DNA from: Opitutia bacterium
GTDB taxonomy: Bacteria; Verrucomicrobiota; Verrucomicrobiia; Opitutales; T3Sed10-336
DNA: 64,000 bases
Assembly (NCBI GenBank): GCA_050506795.1
Contig: JBJHCF010000006.1
Location: 89,442-153,441, forward strand
Reading direction: 5' to 3'
Shown: positions 17,915-26,419 of the stretch, piece by piece
Position numbering within the stretch: the stretch's first letter is position 1
Layout: each line of letters begins with the position of its first letter
The notes under the pieces: model-generated
Seen by the model: the letters and a program-made list of their open reading frames with translations, nothing else
Told to the model about the DNA's origin: nothing
Databases searched by the model: none
Program-made: the position numbers and the translations under genes

Positions 17915-19579
17915 TCAATCTTCGGAAGAAAGCCGAACGTCCTTGTAGAATCGATACGCGGTGGGCGTGGGCCGCCAGTTTTGCACCGCCGGGTGTTTCA
18001 GGTACATCCGATTGTAGAAGAACAAGGGCAGAACGGGAGCTTCCTTTACCAGCAAAGTCTCCGCGTCGCGGATAAGCTGCCAGCGTGTTTCTTCGTCGGC
18101 GGTGCGTTGAATGTCCTCCAGCAGGGCATCGTATTCCCCGCTGGACCAGCCGGTGCGGTTGTTGCCGCCTCCGGTTACCATGGTGTTAAGGAAATTGAAG
18201 GGGTCGAGGTAGTCGCCGATCCAGCCCGAACGGGCGATGTCGTAGTCGAGCCGGTTCATGCGATCGAGGTAAACCTGCCACTCCGTGTTCTCCAATCCGA
18301 CGTTAATGCCCAATTCACGCCGCCACATCTCTTGCGCGAGTTGGGCGATGGCGCTGTGTTCGTCCGAGGTGTTGTAGAGGATTTGCATTGTCGGAAATCC
18401 CTGGCCGCCGGGAAAGCCGGCTTCCGCCAGCAGTTCGCGGGCGCGCTGAACGTCCCGGCTCACCACCGGCTCCGGTTCGTATCCCGGCACGCCGGGCGGC
18501 ACGAAAGAGTAGGCGGCGTCCCGCGCGCCGGCATAAATGTTATTGACCAGGGTCTCGCGGTCCAGCGCCAGGGAGAGGGCCAGCCTCACCCGCGGGTCGT
18601 CGAACGGCGGCCGGGTGACATTCAGGCGGAAGTAATAGGTGCCGAAATAGTCGCCGGTGGCGAAGAGCTCCGGGCGTTCGTTTTGGTAAAAGGCGATGCG
18701 TTCGGCGGGGACCGGATCGGTGATGTGCAACTGGCCGGCCCGGAAGGCGCGCTCGCCGCTGAGCGGATGCTGCAGCGGATAGAAATGGATCTCATTCAGG
18801 TGCACCCGGTCGGCGTCCCAGTAATCCGGATTGCGGCGGACCTCGATGCGCCGTCCGGTGGCCCAGCGCTGCAGAGTGAAGGGCCCGTTGCCCACAAAAT
18901 TCTCCGGCCGCACCCAGCGGGTGTTGGGTTCGTCCATCAGGCCGTGGGCCAGAATGGTGTCAGGGTGAACCGGATACCAGGTATTGTGAGCCAGCAGGGT
19001 GAGAAAATAGGGCAGGGGATAACGGATACGGATTTCCAGTGTGAGATCGTCCACGGCGCGAACGCCGACCTGGGAGAAGTCGTCGATTTCGCCCTCGTAA
19101 TACTCCCGTGCTCCAACGACGGGGAAGGGCATGTAGTAATAGGGGGCGGCGAGGTTGGGTGAAAGAATACGGCGCAATGAAAAAACGAAGTCGTGTGCGG
19201 TCACCGGATCTCCGTTCGACCAGGCGCCTTCCTCGCGGAGGAAAAAGGTGTAAACCGTGCCGTCGTCGGAAATCTCCCAATCCCGGGCGGCGGCGGGAAT
19301 CGCTTCCAGGGTTTCGGGGTCGACCGCGGTCAGCCCTTCCAGCAAAGCGCCGATCACGTGCGATTCCGGAACGCCGCTTGTGGTGTGCGGATCGAGACTC
19401 TGAACTTCCGCTCCGTTGTTGATGTGGAGAATACCTTCGCGGTTGCCGATTTCCACCGGAGTCTCCGACGGCCCGCAGCCGGCGGCGAACGCCAGGGCCA
19501 GGGGGAGCAGGAGCCGGGCGGCGCGGAGAAACGGGGAGCCCGCAACGGGAGGGTGGAACGAATTGGCGCTTTCGGTCAT
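17915..19579 (-). CDS. oppA: Oligopeptide ABC transporter substrate-binding lipoprotein OppA
   Basis: Lipobox AAGC, SLDPH, WSNGDPVTAHDF, VGNGPF, GWIGDYLDP. No ATPase genes adjacent. Confidence 0.93.
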   Translation of the reverse strand: MTESANSFHPPVAGSPFLRAARLLLPLALAFAAGCGPSETPVEIGNREGILHINNGAEVQSLDPHTTSGVPESHVIGALLEGLTAVDPETLEAIPAAARDWEISDDGTVYTFFLREEGAWSNGDPVTAHDFVFSLRRILSPNLAAPYYYMPFPVVGAREYYEGEIDDFSQVGVRAVDDLTLEIRIRYPLPYFLTLLAHNTWYPVHPDTILAHGLMDEPNTRWVRPENFVGNGPFTLQRWATGRRIEVRRNPDYWDADRVHLNEIHFYPLQHPLSGERAFRAGQLHITDPVPAERIAFYQNERPELFATGDYFGTYYFRLNVTRPPFDDPRVRLALSLALDRETLVNNIYAGARDAAYSFVPPGVPGYEPEPVVSRDVQRARELLAEAGFPGGQGFPTMQILYNTSDEHSAIAQLAQEMWRRELGINVGLENTEWQVYLDRMNRLDYDIARSGWIGDYLDPFNFLNTMVTGGGNNRTGWSSGEYDALLEDIQRTADEETRWQLIRDAETLLVKEAPVLPLFFYNRMYLKHPAVQNWRPTPTAYRFYKDVRLSSED

Positions 19580-19620
19580 GGCGGCATGATGGAAAGAAAG
19601 CCCCGGCGATGGCAAAACCT

Positions 19621-21159
19621 TCAGTAAAAAAGATTGCGATCCAGGTTTCGGTAACCGATGGCCTCCAGCAGGTGCGGCGCCTCGATCCGCTCCGCCCCGG
19701 CGAGGTCGGCAATGGTGCGGGCGACCTTGCGTATCCGGTCGAACGCCCGGGCGGAGAGGGAGAGTTCCTCCATGGCCTGCTGCAACAAATCGCCCTGGGA
19801 ATCGTCCAGGGCGCAGAACTGGCGCAACTCGCTGTGACTCATGCGCGCGTTCGCCGGGGATGCGGCGTCCGGGCGTCTCCGTTTCTGGCGCTCGCGGGCG
19901 GCGGCGATCCGCTCGCGGATGGCGGCCGAGGATTCGCCCGGTTTCTCGTTGCGCAATTCCTCGATGGACAGCGCGGGGGCTTCCACGTGCAGGTCGATCC
20001 GATCCAGCAAGGGGCCGCTGATGCGGGACCGGTAACGTTGGATTTGGGAGGGGCCGCAGCGGCACTCGTGTTTGCGGTCGCCCAGATACCCGCAGGGGCA
20101 AGGGTTCATGGCGGCCACCAGCATAAACTCGCAGGGGAATGCCACTTTGCCCGCGCTGCGCGAAATGGAGACCACGCCTTCCTCCAGCGGCTGGCGCAGG
20201 ACTTCCAGGGCGGAGCGTTTGAATTCGGGCAGTTCGTCGAGGAACAACACGCCCTGGTGCGCCAGGGAAATTTCGCCGGGACCGGGAATCGAACCTCCGC
20301 CCAGGAGGCCGACGTCGCTGATGGTGTGATGCGGGGCCCGGTAGGGCCGTTCCATGGCGCCGAGATCACCGGAAAGAGTGCGTCCGGCCGCCGATTGAAT
20401 CCGGAGAATCTCAAGAAACTCGGCCAGTTCCGGTTCCGGCATGATGGAGGGGATTCGCCGGGCCACCATGGATTTTCCGGAACCGGGAGGGCCGATAAGA
20501 AGCAGATTATGATTTCCGGCGACGGCGACCTCCACCGCGCGGCGAACCGTGTGCTGGCCTTTGATCTCGGAGAAATCGGCCTGGGGTTCGGCGGTAATGT
20601 GCGGCTTTTGAAAAAAGGCGTCGCGGCGCAAAGGGTCGATCGTTTTTTCGCCGGACAAAAAAGCATGAGCCTCTCCCAGGGAGCGGATGGGGATGACCCG
20701 AATGCCGTCCACCAGCGCGGCCTCGCGGGCGGAGAGTTCGGGAAGGAGAACGGCCTGTTTTCCCATATCTTTGGCCAGCAGGGCCATAGCGAGGGCTCCT
20801 TTAACCGGCCTGGTCTCGCCGGAGAGACCCAGTTCTCCGGCGATGAGATGTTGATGCAGGGTTTGGGACTGCATCTGACCGGTCCCCTCCAGGATGCCGA
20901 GGGCGATGGGCAGATCGTAGAAGGGGCCTTCTTTTTTTAGGTCGCCGGGGGCGAGGTTGATGGTGGTGCGCGTGCGGGGCATCTGAAAGCCACTGTTGCT
21001 CAGGGCGGAAAAAACGCGGTCGTCGGATTCCTTCACGGCCGCGTCGGGTAGGCCGACCATAATCAGTTTCGGTTCGCCGGATTCTCCGGTATTCACCTCC
21101 ACCTGCACGGCGACAGCGTCGATACCCCGCAGCGCTGCGGATAGGACGTTGGCGAGCAT
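19621..21159 (-). CDS. comM: YifB/ComM Mg-chelatase-like AAA+ ATPase
   Basis: [59 protein letters not shown]. Confidence 0.95.
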   Translation of the reverse strand: MLANVLSAALRGIDAVAVQVEVNTGESGEPKLIMVGLPDAAVKESDDRVFSALSNSGFQMPRTRTTINLAPGDLKKEGPFYDLPIALGILEGTGQMQSQTLHQHLIAGELGLSGETRPVKGALAMALLAKDMGKQAVLLPELSAREAALVDGIRVIPIRSLGEAHAFLSGEKTIDPLRRDAFFQKPHITAEPQADFSEIKGQHTVRRAVEVAVAGNHNLLLIGPPGSGKSMVARRIPSIMPEPELAEFLEILRIQSAAGRTLSGDLGAMERPYRAPHHTISDVGLLGGGSIPGPGEISLAHQGVLFLDELPEFKRSALEVLRQPLEEGVVSISRSAGKVAFPCEFMLVAAMNPCPCGYLGDRKHECRCGPSQIQRYRSRISGPLLDRIDLHVEAPALSIEELRNEKPGESSAAIRERIAAARERQKRRRPDAASPANARMSHSELRQFCALDDSQGDLLQQAMEELSLSARAFDRIRKVARTIADLAGAERIEAPHLLEAIGYRNLDRNLFY

Positions 21160-21388
21160 GGTTTTATCGAGGAAACGGATTCGGGCGGGGAGGGCAATGT
21201 TTGATTTGGGTTTTATCGAAGCGCGCCGGCGCCGATCGGAATAGGAGGGCTGGAGCGGGGTGGCGGTGGGAAGAACTCCTGGGCGCATGACGATGCGCGG
21301 TTCCCGGATTTTCGAGGTGCACTAATAATTGCGTTTGACACGGGTTATAAAAGTATCAAGAAGCCGGTCTTTTTACTGGAATACGATT

Positions 21389-21796
21389 ATGGCTATCGAA
21401 ATAAGCAAGATTGAGGACCTCAAAAGGCTCCAGGAAACGGAGCGGGTCGCGCGTGAGGAATTGCGGAAAGCGGAGCGGCTTTTGAGTCTCCTGAATGACT
21501 CCGGATACCGGACCGCCAAGGAGCTGGCATCCGATCTGAAGCAGATTGAAGGGCGCGAGGAGGAGTTGAGGGGCCTGTGCAAGCAGTACCTCACGGCGGC
21601 GGGGGCGTTTACCGTATCGTCCGGAGGCGCTACCAGGAAGCGGCTTACCGAAGAGCAGAAACAGGAGGTCGCCGAAATGCTAAAGGACGGAAACACGGCT
21701 CGCGAAGTGGCTGAATTCTACGGCGTTTCCGCCGCTACCGTGAACAAGATCAAGTCCGATTGCGGTTTGACTGCCAAAAAGAAAGCGGCGAAGTAG
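21389..21796 (+). CDS. Coiled-coil plus C-terminal HTH DNA-binding protein (possible nucleoid-associated protein)
   Basis: Helical N-terminal half; RKRLTEEQKQEVAEMLKDGNTAREVAEFYGVSAATVNKIK HTH; basic tail KKKAAK; has its own terminator. Confidence 0.8.
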   Translation: MAIEISKIEDLKRLQETERVAREELRKAERLLSLLNDSGYRTAKELASDLKQIEGREEELRGLCKQYLTAAGAFTVSSGGATRKRLTEEQKQEVAEMLKDGNTAREVAEFYGVSAATVNKIKSDCGLTAKKKAAK

Positions 21797-21815
21797 ATTC
21801 CGCTAAGATTTATAC

Positions 21816-21850
21816 AAAAAAAGGCAGGGGTGTTTATCCCTGCCTTTTTT
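21816..21850 (+). terminator. Rho-independent terminator (symmetrical)
   Basis: aaaaaaaggcagggg-tgttt-atccctgcctttttt. Confidence 0.85.
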
Positions 21851-21978
21851 CGTTTTACGGGTGTTCCGAGCGGCAGGATTTCTGCTACGGAGCAAAAACG
21901 TAACTAATTTGCCTCACTGATGAATCCGTTTTCCGGAAATCGGGTTGCATCATAATATTTTTTAGTGACGATGATGGC

Positions 21979-24120
21979 ATGAAAACTGAGATATCCACTT
22001 TCTGCAAAGAGTTCGGCGACGTTTTATCCCCTTTCCGGCAAATGCTTCAGAATACGGTGGAGGATATTCAGGAGGAGCCCGAAAGTCACGCCTTGCGCCA
22101 CCCTTTGTCCGGACTGTCCGACGTGGCGCACCGACTCCATACCCTGGTGGATAAACTCGAACAGCAGCAGGCGTACGTGATTATTTTCGGCCCATTGAAG
22201 AGCGGGAAATCCACGCTGATGAACGCCATCAGTTCCGCGTACGTCAGTGAGGTGACGTCCCTTCCGGCCTACCCCTGCCTGGTTTACGTCAAACACAGCG
22301 AAGAGAAAAAGTACCAGTATACCAGTTACAACGGGAAAAAAGAGCTGACGGCCGACGGGGCCTACATGCAGCGGGCGATCCGCGACGCCCACCAGACCCT
22401 GGCCGAGAGGATTCGGCAGATGGAGGAAAAGGGCGAGCCGTTCGATCCGGGGATTCACTTTCCGGAAGCGATTCGCCGGGTCGACGTCGAGGTGCCGGCC
22501 AAGAATCTGAAGGATTCGCTGACGGTGCTGGTGGACACGCCCGGCCTGTACAGCAAAATGAAGTTCGGTTACGACCTGATGACCAGGGAGTTTCGAAACA
22601 GCGCCGCGTGTGCGGTCTTTGTGGTCAAGACCGACAATCTGTTCCTTGAGCAGGTTTTCGCTGAGTTCAATGACCTTCTCGATCTGTTCAGCCGGATCTT
22701 TCTGGTGGTCAATATCGACGGCGGCAAACGCGACCTCGGTCCGGACGGCAATTTGCGGCCCAGCCTGGAAAGCGAGAATCCCGATCGCATCATCCGGGCT
22801 TTCGAATCGCTGGCTATGAGCGCTCCCCTGCGTCGCGCGGCCGACGAGGGGCGTTTGCGCATTTACCCGATCGACCTTTTGCGCTCGGCCGCCGCTTCGC
22901 TGCAAAACGGGGAGAATGGCGAGTCCGCGGATGGAAACGACGAGGGTTCCCCGGAGTCGCGGCCCGACGATTCGTTTTCCGAGTTCCTTACCGACCTCAC
23001 CGATTATCTCAACAGCAGCGACTATCTGGTTGAGTTCATGGCCGACAGCTTGCGACAGGGGGCCGGACTGGCGGAGGAAGTGCAGCGCTGCTGCTCGGAG
23101 GAGTCGTTGCGCAGCTTTCAGCAGGAGCGGTCCTGGCTGGAGGACGAGATGCAGCGCGAGCGCGGGCGTTTGGCCGCGGTGGAGAGGCTGGCCAATCTCA
23201 ACTGGGAAAAGGCCTTTGACGACCTGCGCGCCAAGAGCCGCAAAGCCGCCGATGCTTTTTCCGACAAACTGAAAGGCGAATTACGCGGGTCTCTGACTCA
23301 GGAAGTGGTGTCCTGGTTCGATTCCGACGAGAGCCTGCGCGACTTGCAGGAAGGCCGTTTGAATCCCTTGTTGACCGCGAAGGAGAAGGAGATCAAGGCG
23401 CACGCCGTCGATCGGATCCACTCGCTCGCCGGCGACTCCCTGGGAGGCTTGCGCCTGGAACCGGATGACCTGCGGGCGTTGGATCGCCTTGATCTCAAGC
23501 TTGAGCCGATCCTGGAAGCGGCCGGGGAAGAGGTGTTGGCCGCCGGACGCGATCCCGCCTCCTGTGCGGTGCATGTTTCCAGCGAGAAGATTCCGGTTAA
23601 GAAAAGTGTCTGGGACTGGATTCTTTTTCGCGGGCAGTCGGCGGTACGCCGCGGGCTTTTCGGTCCGACGGAGGATCCCGAACGTCCCATTCCGCACGCG
23701 ACCAAGAGAAAGCGTCTGGCCGACCCGGGCAGCGAAGCCTTGCACTCCATCCTGGATACGCACCTGAAAAAACTCTTTCCTGATTTGCCCAGCGAGTATT
23801 GCGATCACCTGTTGAGCGAATTCATCCGGATTTTCTCCGCCGCGGTTCGCCAACGGGTGGAGGCGGTGAAGGAGGAACTGGGAACCAAAATGCCCGACCT
23901 CGAAAATCGTCTCGAGGCCAATAAACGGGTGCGCGCCCGCCTCAAGAGGATCAGCGACCTGGCTTCGCAGGTTCGGACCTCGGTGGTCGACCTCAAGGAC
24001 CGGCACAGCAGCCTGGTGACCGCCGCGGTGGCGGGCGAGGATGATGAGGCGCAACCGGAGGAATCGGGTGCCGGCGAAGACGAAGCAGATGCCGGCGAAG
24101 ATGAAACTGAGCGAAGCTGA
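21979..24120 (+). CDS. Dynamin-like GTPase with a long helical C-terminus
   Basis: G1 GPLKSGKSTLMNAI, G3 LVDTPG, then about 400 aa predicted helical/coiled-coil and an acidic tail. Confidence 0.85.
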   Translation: MKTEISTFCKEFGDVLSPFRQMLQNTVEDIQEEPESHALRHPLSGLSDVAHRLHTLVDKLEQQQAYVIIFGPLKSGKSTLMNAISSAYVSEVTSLPAYPCLVYVKHSEEKKYQYTSYNGKKELTADGAYMQRAIRDAHQTLAERIRQMEEKGEPFDPGIHFPEAIRRVDVEVPAKNLKDSLTVLVDTPGLYSKMKFGYDLMTREFRNSAACAVFVVKTDNLFLEQVFAEFNDLLDLFSRIFLVVNIDGGKRDLGPDGNLRPSLESENPDRIIRAFESLAMSAPLRRAADEGRLRIYPIDLLRSAAASLQNGENGESADGNDEGSPESRPDDSFSEFLTDLTDYLNSSDYLVEFMADSLRQGAGLAEEVQRCCSEESLRSFQQERSWLEDEMQRERGRLAAVERLANLNWEKAFDDLRAKSRKAADAFSDKLKGELRGSLTQEVVSWFDSDESLRDLQEGRLNPLLTAKEKEIKAHAVDRIHSLAGDSLGGLRLEPDDLRALDRLDLKLEPILEAAGEEVLAAGRDPASCAVHVSSEKIPVKKSVWDWILFRGQSAVRRGLFGPTEDPERPIPHATKRKRLADPGSEALHSILDTHLKKLFPDLPSEYCDHLLSEFIRIFSAAVRQRVEAVKEELGTKMPDLENRLEANKRVRARLKRISDLASQVRTSVVDLKDRHSSLVTAAVAGEDDEAQPEESGAGEDEADAGEDETERS

Positions 24121-24176
24121 TTTTAGCTTTGTCACCAAAACTGGTTTGTCACCGTAATATCCTTGTCCAATCCGAA

Positions 24177-25553
24177 ATGCCCATGCAAGATTCCCGCGCC
24201 GTGAAAGACCTGATCGAAGAAACCGCCGGATCCGTTCAGGATCTTTATCGTAAGTCAATTGATCCTCTGGCGAAGAAATTCGCTTTTGAGAAGCGGCCGG
24301 TGGACGGCGAAATTTCCGGGGGGCCGCTGGTCCTGTTCGTGGGGAATCATTCCTCGGGCAAATCGACCTTTATCAACCACCTGCTGGGAGAGGCGGTGCA
24401 ACGTACGGGAATGGCGCCCACGGATGATTGTTTCACTCTTCTTCGGTATGGGAAAAACCGGGAAGAGCGTGACGGGCGGGCGATTGTTTCCAACCCGGAT
24501 CTGCCTTTCAGCGGCGCCGCCCATATCGGGCCGGAGTTTCTTTCGCACTTCAGGATGCGGCTCCTCCCCAACGAGTTTCTGCGTGACATCACCCTGGTTG
24601 ACACTCCGGGCATGATCGACGCCGCCGGTCCCGACACCACGAGGGGGTACAATTTTTCCGCCGGGGTGAGGTGGTTCGCCGAGCGGGCGGATCTCGTTTT
24701 GGTGTTCTTTGATCCTGACCGGCCGGGTACGACAGCCGAGACTATGACCGAGCTGACCCAATCCCTCGGACGCATCGACCACAAGCTCTTGGTGGTGATG
24801 AACAAGATGGATCAGTTTCGCAGTCTGCGCGATTTTGCCCGCTGTTACGGCACTCTGTGCTGGAATTTGGGTAAGGTGATCGCGAAAAAGGATATTCCCC
24901 AGATCTTCACCACCTTTGTGCCGGTGAAAGGCGCGGCGGAATCCGCGCTGTCGCTGACCGATTTCGCCCACGCCAGGGAAGAACTGGTTTACGAAATCAA
25001 GCGCGCTCCGGTGCGCCGGTTGGACAACATCATTACCCAGGCTTCCATTTACGGCCGCCGGTTGAAACTCTACGTGCATATCATTCATGCGACCCGGCAG
25101 AAACTGACCGGTTTTCGCCGCCGGCTCTACGCCTTGCTCGTGGTGATTCTGGCCGCCGGCCTGGGTTCGGGGGCCTACCTGGCGAGTCAGGAGATGTGGC
25201 CCGCGGCGGTCGGGGCGGCGGTCGCGGGATTGGTGCTGGCTGTCGGCGGGTATTTCGGTTTTCGCGAACTGGTTCGCCGCCGGGAGGCCAAACTGCTGGA
25301 CGACCTCGACGGGATTTTCGAACGGGTTTACAAGCGTGATCTGGTGGTGAGTAACCGGGAGGATGATCTCCTGCTTCTCTGGAAAGACGTCAAGGATTCG
25401 ATCGTATGGACGGTTAAGAACCTCGGTCTTTTGTCGCTGCCGCGACTAAAACGTTCCGAACTGAACCGGATTGAAGATACGTTGACCAAACAGCTTCCCG
25501 ATCTCCGCGCCAAGCTGCACCGCAAGCTGGAATCGAAACCCACCGGGTTCTGA
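24177..25553 (+). CDS. EHD/sarcalumenin-like dynamin-superfamily NTPase with a C-terminal TM hairpin
   Basis: GNHSSGKSTFINHLL, APTDDCF, LVDTPGMID, RGYNF..VRWFAERADLVLVFFD, VVMNKMD, ARCYGTLCWNLGKV; two adjacent hydrophobic helices. Confidence 0.85.
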   Translation: MPMQDSRAVKDLIEETAGSVQDLYRKSIDPLAKKFAFEKRPVDGEISGGPLVLFVGNHSSGKSTFINHLLGEAVQRTGMAPTDDCFTLLRYGKNREERDGRAIVSNPDLPFSGAAHIGPEFLSHFRMRLLPNEFLRDITLVDTPGMIDAAGPDTTRGYNFSAGVRWFAERADLVLVFFDPDRPGTTAETMTELTQSLGRIDHKLLVVMNKMDQFRSLRDFARCYGTLCWNLGKVIAKKDIPQIFTTFVPVKGAAESALSLTDFAHAREELVYEIKRAPVRRLDNIITQASIYGRRLKLYVHIIHATRQKLTGFRRRLYALLVVILAAGLGSGAYLASQEMWPAAVGAAVAGLVLAVGGYFGFRELVRRREAKLLDDLDGIFERVYKRDLVVSNREDDLLLLWKDVKDSIVWTVKNLGLLSLPRLKRSELNRIEDTLTKQLPDLRAKLHRKLESKPTGF

Positions 25554-25572
25554 GGGGATAGGGCTTCGCCCT

Positions 25573-25815
25573 GTTCTTGGTGCTCGGTTCCCTCGGTTGG
25601 ACGGAGTGCGGAAGCAACCAGGAACCGAGAACCTAGAGTCCTAAAACCGAAAAAGTTGTTGTAGTTGGGTCAAGTTTTACGATTGCCGAGGGAAAAAGTA
25701 GCTCACGCTTCGACTCGGCTGAGCTCGTCGCAGGCCAGCGTGAATTCGCACGCAAGATGCGTGTACTACTTCGGGTCTGAGGCGTCGCCTCGCTGGAACT
25801 TAGAACCAAGAACGA
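25573..25815. repeat. Degenerate AGAACC(A/G)-type heptamer tracts, direct and inverted, between convergent genes
   Basis: gttcttggtgctcggttc; aaccaggaaccgagaacctag; gaacttagaaccaagaac. Confidence 0.5.
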
Positions 25816-25834
25816 AAGAGGAAGTTCCAGGAAC

Positions 25835-26389
25835 TCACTCTCTCAAACCGTATTCTTCCGGATCAAAACCGCGGGCACGAAGGGCGGCGGCGAGATCATA
25901 GAGGTTCAGTTGGGCGCCGCGCCGAATGTCGTTGGCGGCAAACCACCCCTGTTCCATTTCCAGGGCGAACTGAATCTGGGAACTCTGCGAGGCGATGGTG
26001 GTTTCATCGAACGGGTGCAGGGCGTAGACTTCCCGCAGCACACCCGAGGCGGTGAAGTAACCGATGTCGAGGGGAAGGGGGGTGTTGCGCATGTAGAAAG
26101 CCACCCGGCGGGGAAAGCGATTGACGAAGAGCATTCCGGAATTCGGTTCAAGGGACTCCCGGAACATCAGACCGCGCGATTGCTCCTCCTGGGTGACGGC
26201 CAACTCGACCTGAATCGTGACCCCGTTCAGGGCCAGAGGAAAACGCTGGTCGGGGGAGGCGCTGCCCGGTTCCTCCGGCGCGACGGCACACCCTGCAGCG
26301 AGCAATACCCAAAGGAGCCAAAAGGTACGGGAACAGGTGGGGCGAAACCTTCGTTGATCGGGAAGAGGTTCTGCGGCGACGGGAATCAT
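25835..26389 (-). CDS. DUF192 family protein (probable lipoprotein)
   Basis: LLAAGC lipobox; VELAVT..RGLMFRESL..GMLF..FYMRNTPLPLDI..ALEM. Confidence 0.92.
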   Translation of the reverse strand: MIPVAAEPLPDQRRFRPTCSRTFWLLWVLLAAGCAVAPEEPGSASPDQRFPLALNGVTIQVELAVTQEEQSRGLMFRESLEPNSGMLFVNRFPRRVAFYMRNTPLPLDIGYFTASGVLREVYALHPFDETTIASQSSQIQFALEMEQGWFAANDIRRGAQLNLYDLAAALRARGFDPEEYGLRE

Positions 26390-26419
26390 TGCGACGGCCC
26401 AATTGGTTGGCGGCGACGG

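Noticed and set aside
17900..20940. Long plus-strand ORFs (420 and 443 aa) and similar antisense ORFs throughout the window
   Set aside because: Antisense shadows of well-supported genes, expected in high-GC DNA.
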